NCBI GenBank assembly: GCA_051362555.1
Contig: CM120641.1
Location: 41,980,401-42,044,400, forward strand
Source of the DNA: Lingula anatina
Taxonomy: Eukaryota > Animalia > Brachiopoda
Direction of reading: 5' to 3'
Length of the DNA stretch: 64,000 bases
Below, in pieces: positions 15,504 to 25,927 of the stretch. The position numbers and the translations under genes are program-made. Every line of letters begins with the position of its first letter. Positions within the stretch are counted from its first letter, which is position 1. The notes beneath the pieces were generated by a model. The model searched no databases. It saw nothing but the letters and a program-made list of their open reading frames with translations, and was not told the origin of the DNA.

Positions 15504-15875
15504 GACTGGGTTCCCATTTCTAGTTCCATCCATCTGGATCCATCTAACTCCCTGGGGAGTCTCACTAAATGTCTATAAACTAAAGCCTAGATCCCAACTA
15601 CATTTTGGACGCACAGTTTTTAGGTCCGACTAGGACGTAGCTAGAGCGCAGGGAAGGAATCAAGTAATTCACGTCGAAAAGGTTCTACGTGCTGTTTGCG
15701 TCCTCCAAAAGTTGCACGATGGACGTGTTCCTAATGTACGAACTCCCACCTTTTTCCCATTTTTTTGGCCGTAGACCACATGTAGCAGCCCGTACATTCG
15801 GTTCACAGGTTGACAGCAATTTATTGAGACTCCCCAGAGAGTTAGATCGATCCAAATATCTGTGGGAATGGTCCC
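15504..15875. mobile_element. Foldback MITE related to the 5150-5398 copy
   Basis: TTA flanks at 15501-15503 and 15876-15878. Same left end (GACTGGGTT) and right end (TGGGAATGGTCCC) as the 5150 copy. Internal inverted repeat TCTAACTC..GGGGAGTCTCA / TGAGACTCCCC..GAGTTAGA. Confidence 0.65.
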
Positions 15876-17105
15876 TTAGTGGGAGCAGGGCTTCGCTCCA
15901 TGTGATTAACGCTCATTACACAACCTGTCTTGTCTTGTCTTGTCTGTCTGTTAAACAAGTCACATGGTGTTTAAGGAACACCCTGAAGTAACAAGCTATT
16001 CAGGGGCTGTTTTTATTATCACAGATGAGCAATTACTCGTAACTGTCTTGACTGCTGTCAAGGAGACTTGACAGGGACCTGCTAAGTGACAGTGCCTGAG
16101 TAGTTATGCAAACAATTACCAGCCAGGTAATCATCCTTGAGATTTTAGCATAGGGTCACAGTACAGAGATAAGCCACCTATTTAACCATTGAAAAAAATC
16201 AATGTGAGGGCCCTATAGAGGATATGGGAGAGTAACGACACTGGGGAGAGAACTTGAAGGATACTATGGTGAAGAGAATTTTGTAACATTCCATTAAGCA
16301 ACAAAAGAACAACTCAGTATCTTTATTTTACAAGGTAAATATGGTATTCCATGACAAATAACAAAGCATGAATGCAAAATTAATAAGTGTGTTGGGGGAG
16401 GGTGAAGTTGATTGGGAAAGTACAGAGTTGATTAGGAAAGTCCATCATTCCATTTTTTTCTGAATGGGATATAAGTACGGTATATACAGTGGTATGCAGC
16501 TTGAAAATGTGCTTATAGTTATATTGTGGTCTTGAGTCTTATACATTTAGGCATATATCATTCTCTCATCATTCAATATTCACATTTAATTTAGCCAAAA
16601 ACAAGAATGATAAAGTGCTGTCTCTCAGTCATAATGTCTTATTTATTTAGTTGTCTTTGTACAAGATACATTGTATGCATATAAAATTGTGTAGAGAGCC
16701 TGTAAACAGTACATGTTGACATTTTATTGCCTAAAATAAAATAAAATGTATGTCAAAATGTGATTTACATCATTTAATTCAAAAGCAATACTAGTATATA
16801 TAAATAAATAATCTTTAAAAATCACAAAAATGAAATCACTTCACCCCACTATACACAAACCCATTAGTTCAGGGTCTTTATGGGTTATTTATGGTGATTT
16901 TATTAAATTCATTTTTAATATACTTAACTGATTCAATCTGAATTTGTGCACTGTGGTAGACTAGTGTGGTATTTCTAAGCGTTTTTCTGTGGTTTTGGGG
17001 CTCATTTCACATGTTCATTAACGAATGAAGGTGACAGTCAAATGTAATATAGATAGTTCATTCGTAATGCTCTGTCAAGTCTTATACCCAGATAGCAGGA
17101 CGGCA

Positions 17106-17445
17106 TTGGGCCAACGTTGGCCCAACACATGGTTGGTTGTACTGCCAATATTGGCCCAACGTTGGTAAGCCAACCACCGACGTTGGGCCAACGTTGGCCC
17201 AATGTATGGTTGCTCATTGGCACAACGTTGTACAGGCATTGGCCCAACGTCATTTTGCCAACCTGCCAACGTTGGCCCAACGTCATTAGGCCAACCAAAT
17301 GCATTGGGCCAACGTCATGCCAATGTTGGAATTCTGACGGTTGGGCTGCCATCGTTGGCCCAATGTCATACACCCTACAAACCTTCATTGGGCCAATGTT
17401 GGCCCAACGTTGGGGCTTTTAAAGTGCCAACATTCATCCAACGTT
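17106..17445. repeat. Left subterminal array of TTGGCCCAACG/CGTTGGGCCAA motifs
   Basis: More than 15 direct and inverted copies of an ~11-bp motif. Confidence 0.9.
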
Positions 17446-18712
17446 AATTATTGCTTTCAATTATTTATTTTTCAAATGAATTTAAAGGCAATACATTAAA
17501 TTTAAGTTTTGATATTTATATTCACTACAAAAAAGTGATTATCAATTCTACAACTGATTTTATTCAAGTGCATGTGTATACATAAGGTAATAATAAAAAG
17601 GTATAAAAAGTAAATGTTAAAACATTAACGTTTATTATAATATTCTAAAAGAGTATGTGAAGCCTTTTTTAACTTATTTTTTAAAACACAGATGGCTGAT
17701 CCTAACCTTAGTTTATAGAAACAATTCATGCTTGAATCATTTTGAAAACTAAAGCATGCTAGATGTATTTGGATTCTTGTAATATCCAGATGTTTGTTGC
17801 AATTGCATGTCAAATACTAGGAAATGGCCTATATATATATATGTGTGTGTGTGTAACCAAATCAACAGTAAATACAGTGTCAATAAATTGAATAAAAAAA
17901 CTGCAGACTACAATGACTTCTTGTACAAAACAATGTATGTTTAAAAAAAAACTACACTGCAAAAATGGCAAATTAAGACACTAAACAGGGGAAAATGTCA
18001 CTTATGCAAAGAAAAAAGTAAGATTAGAACAAAAAAATTTTTTTTTACCAAACAAAGCTGCTCATCGAATCTGAAGTAAAACAAAAATACAAAAATAGTG
18101 ATAATTATGCATGTACAAAGGGAGGGAAGTATTTTTGGACTTCCAACCTAAATAATATTACATATTGTCATTTTAAAACTAATTCAAACAAATCATTAAT
18201 AATCATGATCACTATAGTTCTGTAATGCATAAATCTTGAATAACAAATGAAAAAAAAATTAGATGACCGTGAAATATAACAAATCTATAAATGACCATGC
18301 AGTAACTGTTTCAATTGAACTTGCATTCTGGCTACATTCATGTAAACTCTGAAAATAAGAATTATATATACCCCAGCATAGATATATAGATGTACAAAAA
18401 AAGAGAATTACATATTTTCAAATACAAACCCCATTATATTGTTGATGCTTCTAAATTAAATCACATCACTTCACAAATCAAATCACTCAGTGAATTGAAC
18501 CAGTTTGCAATGCTTGTGCTTTTTTCATATCCATAACACTAAGAAATGCAACATCTGGGACCTTGACTGAGTGACTCATCATAATTAAAGAAATGAACAA
18601 TGGAACAAGTAGCTCTACAAAGTTAACAACATTTCATTTACATGTCAACACAACATCCCTTCCTTTCTTGGAGAGAAACAGTCCTTTCCAAATCAATATA
18701 CAGTATGCTAAT

Positions 18713-18810
18713 TAGCTAGATATCTAATAGTGCTCTTTATATGTATCATTCCAGGTGTCCATCATCAACTAGATTAGTTCAATAAAGTTGAAGATATACA
18801 TATTTATCTA
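18713..18810 (+). repeat. 5' LTR (98 bp, TAG...CTA termini)
   Basis: Identical to 24068-24165. Contains TCATTC (Inr-like, 18746-18751) and AATAAA (18781-18786). Confidence 0.95.
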
Positions 18811-18897
18811 TGACGGACACCAGATTTCCCTTGCCACTGTGTAGATAACCGAGTTAGATTTTCAGCCATTATTTGTAGAGTCTTCAAAACAAACAGG

Positions 18898-21800
18898 ATG
18901 CCCCAACTGCAATGTCCTGTGGTGGGTTGTGACTGGCAGTCACAGGACCTTGACGCTGCCTTCGCAGGAGCCTTAACTGCAGCTCTCCAAATGCATGGCC
19001 AGACTGCCCATCCGACTCAGCCGGCGCCCCAGAAACTCAAGCTGGATCCACCACAAATTTCAACAGGGTCTGATCCAGATCAGTGGTCGGCATTCACCAG
19101 GCAGTGGAACATGTACAAGGCTGGTATGAACATCGCTGAAAACATGGTAGCAACCGCCCTCTTTTACTGTTGTGATCAAGACTTACGCACAGACATTATG
19201 CGAGATCTTAGAGACAATGTTGCAAATATGGCGGAGGCAGACCTCCTAGCTGCCATAAGAAGACTAGCTGTCAAAGATGAGAGTACCCTGGTTCATCGCA
19301 TACGACTGAGTAAAATGACTCAAACTCCAGGAACCAGTATTAGAACATTTTTGGCAAGCCTGAGAGGCCAAGCAGCATTGTGTCGGTATACAGCCACATG
19401 TAAAGAAGAAGGCTGCACCCATATGTTTGACTACAGTGATGAAATCATAAAAGACAACCTCATCAGAGGCATCGCTGACCCAGAAATTATGTCAGATTTA
19501 TTGGGTGACCCTAAAACAGACAGGACGCTAGAGGAAACTGTATCCTTTATCGCTCAGAAGGAACAGGGAAAAGTGACCAAGAGTGCAGTCGGAGACAATG
19601 CTAATGCTGCCAGCAATGTTCAAAAATCACCACTTGTTCAAACTGATGGGAAACCGAAATGCTGGGCATGTGGTGGACTTGCCCATGGACCAAGAAACGA
19701 TAGAAGAGCAAGAGCCAGGAAGTGTGAGGCATGGGGTTTCATGTGTGCCAAATGTGGTGTCAAAGGACATTATACAGACCTTTGCAGCAAATGTAACACC
19801 TGCGGTGAATGGGGCCACCGGGATAAGTCTTCAAGGTTATGCCAGCAAGGGAGAGGATATAGAAACCCGCCCAAACCACGTACTCAGACAGGTCAAACTA
19901 AGGGTACGGACCGCGCTGACACCAATTATGTATTTGATCAGCTGTGTACGGCTTCCGAAAACAATCCGCCCAGGCGACATAAACCCAACAAGACTGCATT
20001 TCTTGATCACCACATATTTGACGGCCAGTGGATAGCTCGCCCATCAAAACCCCACCCAATGGTTTTAGTGAGAATGACCCCTCTACCTGCAGATCATGCT
20101 GCTTTTGGGTATCCGATGCAAGACACGTCAACACTTAAACCAGTCAACATGTCCATGATTGCGGATACAGGGTGTCAGAGCAGCATAATACCACTGAAGT
20201 CGGCTATGGCTCTAGGCATAAGGAAAGAAGACCTCTTGCCTGTTAAACTTGTGATGCGAGGTGCCATCAGAGAGAATCTGGGTGTTATGGGTGGCATTGC
20301 TGTCAGTGTCTCAGTCAAAGATGAAAACAATCACATCAGAACGTCTCGCTTGATGTGTTACGTGTCTGAATCCATTGAGAAAGCCTTCCTCTGCAGAGAG
20401 GCACTGACAGACTTGGGGATAATTAAGCCAGATTTTCCGAGTGCCACGCATATAACACACACAGCTTCAATTGGCCCCACTGACGAAGTTCCATGCACAT
20501 GTCCAAGGCGCAGAGAGGAGCCACCACCATTACCCACATCTCTTCCCCCTGGCTTAAAGGCTTTGGAAGAAAATGTTGAAGTGCTTAAAGATTGGCTCCT
20601 CGACTATTATGGAGCAACAACATTTAATACGTGTGAACACCAGCCATTACCCCTGATGAAGTGTGAGCCGCTCCAACTTCATGTGGATCCAGATGCCAAA
20701 CCGGTCGCAGTCCATAAGCCAGCACTTGTTCCAATTCACTGGCAAGAGAGGGTCTTTGCTGATCTTGAAAGGGATGTCCGAATAGGGGTCCTTGAACGAG
20801 TCAGCCCAAATACCCCAACAACATGGTGTTCCCGCATGGTAGTAACGGGAAAAGCCGATGGCACTCCTAGGCGAACAGTAGACTTACAGCAACTGAACCG
20901 CCACTCTGTCCGCCAAACACACCATGTGCCTACCCCCTTTCACTTAGCAAACCGCATCCCACAGGGTGTAAAAAAAACCGTGACGGATGCCTGGAATGGG
21001 TACCACTCTGTGCCTATTAGGGAGGAGGACCGGCATATCACAACATTCATCACACCATGGGGCCGTTACAGATACAAGGTAGCACCTCAGGGGTTTTTAG
21101 CCAGTGGAGATGCCTACAACCAGAGATTTGATGCCATAATCACAGACTTCCCTAATAAAGTCAAGTGTGTAGATGATACATGCATGTGGGCAAACTCAGT
21201 TGAAGAGGCATTCTTTCAGGCATGTAAGTGGTTAGACCTGTGTGCACGTAACGGTATCACCTTGAATCCCAAGAAATTTCAGTTCGCCCAAGATGCAGTC
21301 GAATTTGCTGGTCTTGCAATCACACCTACGAACATACAACCAAGTGACAAATTTATAGATGCCATAAGGAAATTCCCAACACCTACAGATATCAGTGGTG
21401 CCCGAGCCTGGTTTGGGCTCATTAATCAAGGCGCTTATGCATTCTCAATGGCACGTCAGATGAAGCCATTCAGGAAGCTCCTAAAGCCGTCCACAAAATT
21501 TGAATGGACAGATGAGTTGGACAACCTGTTCCACCAATCCAAAGAAGTCATTATAGAAGAGATGAAAGAAGGAGTGCGTTTGTTTGATCCAAACCGCCAA
21601 ACATGTCTGTCCACTGATTGGTCTGTTGATGGAGTTGGATTCTTCCTGATGCAAAAGTATTGCCAATGCACCTCCAAAACTCCAGCATGTTGTCACAATG
21701 GCTGGAAGTTATGCTTGGTAGGAAGCAGGTTTACCCACCCAGCAGAAAGCAGATATGCACCCATAGAGGGTGAAGCCCTGGCCGTGGCCTATGCATTGCA

Positions 21801-23793
21801 TCAGACTCGCTACTATGTATTGGGCTGTAAAGATTTGATTGTTGCCACAGACCACAAACCACTGGTTCAGGTGCTAAATGATAGGTCACTCACCGAAATT
21901 CACAACAGGCGACTACTCAATCTCAAAGAAAAGACACTAGCATACAGATTCACCATAGTGCATGTCCCAGGGAAGAAGAATCCCGGCCCAGATGCAGCAT
22001 CCAGACACCCTGCTGGTTGGCCAAGTAGAATGCATCTACCAAATGAACCATCTGACAGTGACACCATATCCTACATGACTGTGCCTCCACAGGTCACATT
22101 GGCTAGTTTATACCAAGACACAGCAGACACAGACTTTGCTGATGATGCTTGCACCATTGCTGCTGCGTCTGCCTCACTGGATGCTGCTAACATTATTGTC
22201 ACCTGGGATATGGTCCGAGATGCCACCTCTTCAGATACAACATTACTTACACTAATGCAATACCTTGAGAAAGGCTTTCCAGAAGATTGCAGAGAACTCC
22301 CCATAGAGATACGTCCATACCACCGTCACACAGCAAGCCTGTGTGTTGTTGATGGAGTGATACTCATGGGTCAACGAATTGTTATCCCAAGGGCCTTACG
22401 CACACCAATCCTCAATGCCCTCCATGCAGCTCACCAGGGTATAAGTGCTATGCAGTCCCGAGCAGCAGACTCTGTTTTTTGGCCCAATATCTCAGTTGAC
22501 ATTGCTAGAGTTAGGGACCAATGTGCACATTGTCATCGCATGGCTAAATCAAACCCGATGCAGCCACCATCTGATATTAAACAACCAGACTACCCTTTCC
22601 AAATGATCTGCTGTGACTACTTCACATACAACAGTAAAGATTATGTTGTCATTGTCGACCGATATTCCAATTGGCCAATGGCTTTTAAAGCAGAAGGAGG
22701 CGCAGAGGGTCTAATCAGAAGATTGCGTGAAACTTTCGTCACATTTGGAATACCAGAGGAGTTAACCTCAGATGGTGGACCACAATTTACTGCGGGGAAA
22801 ACACAAGAATTTCTTAAAACCTGGGGTGTTAAACACAGAATTTCGTCAGTTGCCAACCCTCATGCTAACTGTAGAGCTGAGATAGCTGTCAAAACTGTGA
22901 AGCGAATGCTTGCAGACAATATAGCCCCAACAGGATCCCTTGATGTTGACAAGTTTCAGAAAGCCATGCTTATGTACAGAAATTCTATTGACCCACAAAC
23001 AAAGGCCTCCCCAGCATTAATTATATTTGGACGGCCTATTCGCGATGCCATTCCAATACCCATGGGAAGGTATTCCCCACACGAAACATGGGCAGAGCTG
23101 ATGTCACATCGAGAAAGAGCACTTGCAAAACGTCATTCCAGAGAGCATGAACGCTGGAGTGAGCATACTAGGATCTTACCACCATTGAGGGTTGGAGATC
23201 ATGTGTACTTACAGAACCTTGTAGGAAATTATCCCCGGAAGTGGGAGCGAACTGGAATAGTAATTGAAGTAAGACAGCACCACCAGTATGTCATCAAAGT
23301 GGATGGTTCAGGCAGGGTGACTATCCGCAACCGGCAGCATCTTAGGAAGTTCACTCCATTTGTTAGCAGTGACTACTTCCCCATGATTGAGATGGCCCTC
23401 AAGGAGAACACAGTGCCTGAGCAACCCACTAAGTTGGTCCATCACGAACCTGGTGACCTTTATCTGGGAAAGAAGCAAACCCATGACAACCCTGTACAGG
23501 TCACACAGCCAAAAAATCCAGATGAACCTACTGTGCCATACCAGGATGCTTCTACTCCATCGCAATTATCTGAAGAGCCAGATTTGAGTGCCCCAGATCC
23601 CAGTGGCCAGGATGCCCCTACTGTCACCAAACAACGCACCAGTGGTGGTTTGCCACGTGCATTAGCCCGTTTGCTACCTCATAACAAGCCAGGAACTACA
23701 GAAATGCTTACTCCATCCAGACCAAGCCGTCATTCTAAAGAGACTGACATACAGGAAACTCGGAAACCGGCTTCAACCAGGGACTCTTCTTGA
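18898..23793 (+). CDS. Gag-Pol polyprotein (Gag zinc knuckles, aspartic protease, RT, RNase H, integrase)
   Basis: CAKCGVKGHYTDLC knuckle; ADTG protease; RT RRTVDL...DAWNGYH...TTFITPWGRY...PQG...CVDD; RNase H TDWS...RYAPIEGEALA...TDHKPL; integrase H-x3-H...CAHC, CCDYF, SDGG, RAE. Domain order PR-RT-RH-IN is Ty3/Gypsy. Confidence 0.97.
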   Translation: MPQLQCPVVGCDWQSQDLDAAFAGALTAALQMHGQTAHPTQPAPQKLKLDPPQISTGSDPDQWSAFTRQWNMYKAGMNIAENMVATALFYCCDQDLRTDIMRDLRDNVANMAEADLLAAIRRLAVKDESTLVHRIRLSKMTQTPGTSIRTFLASLRGQAALCRYTATCKEEGCTHMFDYSDEIIKDNLIRGIADPEIMSDLLGDPKTDRTLEETVSFIAQKEQGKVTKSAVGDNANAASNVQKSPLVQTDGKPKCWACGGLAHGPRNDRRARARKCEAWGFMCAKCGVKGHYTDLCSKCNTCGEWGHRDKSSRLCQQGRGYRNPPKPRTQTGQTKGTDRADTNYVFDQLCTASENNPPRRHKPNKTAFLDHHIFDGQWIARPSKPHPMVLVRMTPLPADHAAFGYPMQDTSTLKPVNMSMIADTGCQSSIIPLKSAMALGIRKEDLLPVKLVMRGAIRENLGVMGGIAVSVSVKDENNHIRTSRLMCYVSESIEKAFLCREALTDLGIIKPDFPSATHITHTASIGPTDEVPCTCPRRREEPPPLPTSLPPGLKALEENVEVLKDWLLDYYGATTFNTCEHQPLPLMKCEPLQLHVDPDAKPVAVHKPALVPIHWQERVFADLERDVRIGVLERVSPNTPTTWCSRMVVTGKADGTPRRTVDLQQLNRHSVRQTHHVPTPFHLANRIPQGVKKTVTDAWNGYHSVPIREEDRHITTFITPWGRYRYKVAPQGFLASGDAYNQRFDAIITDFPNKVKCVDDTCMWANSVEEAFFQACKWLDLCARNGITLNPKKFQFAQDAVEFAGLAITPTNIQPSDKFIDAIRKFPTPTDISGARAWFGLINQGAYAFSMARQMKPFRKLLKPSTKFEWTDELDNLFHQSKEVIIEEMKEGVRLFDPNRQTCLSTDWSVDGVGFFLMQKYCQCTSKTPACCHNGWKLCLVGSRFTHPAESRYAPIEGEALAVAYALHQTRYYVLGCKDLIVATDHKPLVQVLNDRSLTEIHNRRLLNLKEKTLAYRFTIVHVPGKKNPGPDAASRHPAGWPSRMHLPNEPSDSDTISYMTVPPQVTLASLYQDTADTDFADDACTIAAASASLDAANIIVTWDMVRDATSSDTTLLTLMQYLEKGFPEDCRELPIEIRPYHRHTASLCVVDGVILMGQRIVIPRALRTPILNALHAAHQGISAMQSRAADSVFWPNISVDIARVRDQCAHCHRMAKSNPMQPPSDIKQPDYPFQMICCDYFTYNSKDYVVIVDRYSNWPMAFKAEGGAEGLIRRLRETFVTFGIPEELTSDGGPQFTAGKTQEFLKTWGVKHRISSVANPHANCRAEIAVKTVKRMLADNIAPTGSLDVDKFQKAMLMYRNSIDPQTKASPALIIFGRPIRDAIPIPMGRYSPHETWAELMSHRERALAKRHSREHERWSEHTRILPPLRVGDHVYLQNLVGNYPRKWERTGIVIEVRQHHQYVIKVDGSGRVTIRNRQHLRKFTPFVSSDYFPMIEMALKENTVPEQPTKLVHHEPGDLYLGKKQTHDNPVQVTQPKNPDEPTVPYQDASTPSQLSEEPDLSAPDPSGQDAPTVTKQRTSGGLPRALARLLPHNKPGTTEMLTPSRPSRHSKETDIQETRKPASTRDSS

Positions 23794-24067
23794 AGTCTCA
23801 TAATACTTGACTTTTCTTTTTTAAATGACTTTAGCTAGATATTTAATTTGATTTTCTTTTAGCATATAGCTTTTAAAAGTTGTTGTTGTTGCTTCAATTT
23901 CCTTATTCAATTGACTTTTGAAAAGAACTATGGAGGACCCATGTTCACAAACTTTAAAAGCTCCCCAGGGGAGGAGACAGAGGACTTTAAAAAAAAGAGG
24001 AATGAGGACTGACATATAAGTGACGTTTTATACATGCCCGTATAAAACTTCCCCCGGGGGAAGGAGA

Positions 24068-24165
24068 TAGCTAGATATCTAATAGTGCTCTTTATATGTA
24101 TCATTCCAGGTGTCCATCATCAACTAGATTAGTTCAATAAAGTTGAAGATATACATATTTATCTA
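24068..24165 (+). repeat. 3' LTR (98 bp)
   Basis: Identical to 18713-18810; preceded by the polypurine tract and followed by TSD CTAAT. Confidence 0.95.
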
Positions 24166-24429
24166 CTAATTGACAGTCCAGGCCTTAAATTGTCTTTTCA
24201 AACATTTGCAGAATAACATATGAACTCCAACTATAATTCTTTTAACCACATTGAAAATTCTGAAATCTAATCAACTCATTGACATTTAACAACAACACTT
24301 CTATTTTACATTAAATGTCCTTTCACTTCAAATTCCGCATGATCTCTTCCTTTGCCTGCCTTAATGATCCTTTATGTCACTATACTTCTGAAGGTTTCTC
24401 AAACATGTATGAATAATATTTTGTTTCAT

Positions 24430-25130
24430 GGTCCTGCACTAGAGCCACATTTATTTTTCTTGGATTTCAGCATTTCCCACGTATTTTCATCAATGATATT
24501 ACAATATTCACCCGAGTCTGGTAAAACACTGAGATTAACGCTGCTTATCTCTATTTCCACAATGTCTTATGTGCATATTGCATCAGTTTCCACACCAAAT
24601 GTACATGCACTCCTGGATTATCATGTTCATAACTGTGATTTACATGGATAATAGTTTCGGTTTTGCAGACTTTTGCAAAGTGATCCAACTTAATTCTTAC
24701 ACTTGTTGCGAGATTTTCCTCTAGCAGGGCATTTAAGGTCACGACCAAAGTGTCCCTTACCTCCACATCTGTAAAATGTTTTCTCAGTCGGGGGGTTTCT
24801 ACTTCGTTTTTAATGTCTGACCTCCTGGCGCTGAGACTGAGGTGGTTTGTCAAATGACTTCGGTTTCACCATACTCACAGTTACTGGTGTTCCATTTTCA
24901 TTTAAAGAGTTAACTGACGATGTATATTCATGTTTCTCACCTGTGTTTGAGAGAGTTCTGAAAATATCTTGTACACCTGTTCCTGCAACATAAGCGAGCG
25001 TCTCCTCTGACATGTATTTTTAATTTTCCGTCTTTGCTAATTATTCATTCCGTCCGTTGGTTCTGAAAAGATCAATCCTTTTTCCGAATCCGTCAGCGAA
25101 GAGTTTCAAACTTTCTAGCCAACGCGTCTA
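24430..25130 (-). pseudogene. Decayed gag/protease of the old LTR element
   Basis: Frameshifted fragments TRWLESLKLFADG, LAYVAGTGVQDIFRTLSNTG...NSLNE (Gag N-terminus), KLDHFAKVCKT (zinc-knuckle tail) and VLPDSGEYCNIIDENTWEMLK (D-S-G protease motif), in the expected order downstream of the PBS. Confidence 0.75.
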
Positions 25131-25714
25131 GCAGGCGCCTCTCCGACTTCTGTACGGCTCGATTTTCAGAATTTCACATTTTTCCTCCATTTTCTCAAAG
25201 AAAGTTGGCTTACAGTCTTGCACTAGAGTTTATCCTCGTCGCCGTTGTTGATTCCTTCGAATCAAAACACATGACGAGTCAAATCACTCAACGAATTGTA
25301 TCAGTTTGATACGCTTGTGCCTTTTTCATATCCATAACTCTAAGGAACGCTATATCCAGGTCCTTGACCGGCTTATCATAAAAAACGGAATTTTAAAACA
25401 GCGGCCGCCGGAACGAGTAGCTGTACCAAGTTAACAACAGTTCGTTCAAATGTCAAGTCAAAGTCAAAACACAACATATAAATGAAACAAATAGTGCACT
25501 AATGAGGGACTTTGAAGAAAAGAGAGAGAGAGAGTGAGAGAACACTCTAGTGATAAATTAAATCAAAATTGACCAAATGACATCAATGCTCATGCACTGG
25601 TAAAAAAAAAAAAAAAAAAAACTGACATCACCAAATATTGGCCTAATGGCTGGTTAACATAAAAAAGAATCTGGCTCAACATAAGTTTAAAGGTTAAAAA
25701 TTGACAAAAATTAA

Positions 25715-25927
25715 TTGGCCCTATGCACGTTGATTCAACGTCAAAAAAATGATGTTGGTCCAACATTGGCCCAATGGCAGCAGGCCAACGTCAAAGTGCC
25801 AACGTTGGCCCAATGTTGGCTCAACGGCGGCAGGCCAACGTCAAAGTGCCAACGTTGGCCCAACATTGGCCCAATGGTGGCATGCCAATGCCAACCAAAT
25901 GCCAACCATGCCAATGTTGGCCCAACG
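25715..25927. repeat. Right subterminal array of TTGGCCCAAY/GCCAACG motifs
   Basis: Same motif family as 17106-17445, including two copies of GGCAGCAGGCCAACGTCAAAGTGCCAACGTTGGCCCAA-like units. Confidence 0.9.

Larger units (their letters stand above)
18713..24165 (+). mobile_element. Young intact Ty3/Gypsy LTR retrotransposon (single gag-pol ORF, very short LTRs, Mag-like organisation)
   Basis: Identical 98-bp LTRs at 18713-18810 and 24068-24165. 5-bp TSD CTAAT (18708-18712, 24166-24170). PPT GGGGGAAGGAGA at 24056-24067. Uninterrupted 1631-aa ORF. Confidence 0.97.
18440..25476 (-). mobile_element. Old, internally deleted Ty3/Gypsy (Mag/Steamer-like) LTR retrotransposon
   Basis: Diverged direct repeats 18440-18655 and 25246-25476, both TGTTG...CAACA. 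Flanks TATAT / TATAA (degenerate 5-bp TSD). Minus-strand PBS CGGCGACGAGGAT at 25244-25232 (one change from the tRNA-Ser type TGGCGACGAGGAT). PPT GAAAGGAAGGGA at 18667-18656. Gag and protease fragments lie between. Confidence 0.8.

Noticed and set aside
17038-17447. Several overlapping ORFs rich in LGQRWPNVGP
   Set aside because: They are translations of the TTGGCCCAACG subterminal array of the DNA transposon; the same applies to 25715-25999.
19583-23587. Short ORFs overlapping the gag-pol frame
   Set aside because: Shadow ORFs with no motifs; likewise those antisense to pol/gag at 50198-54459.
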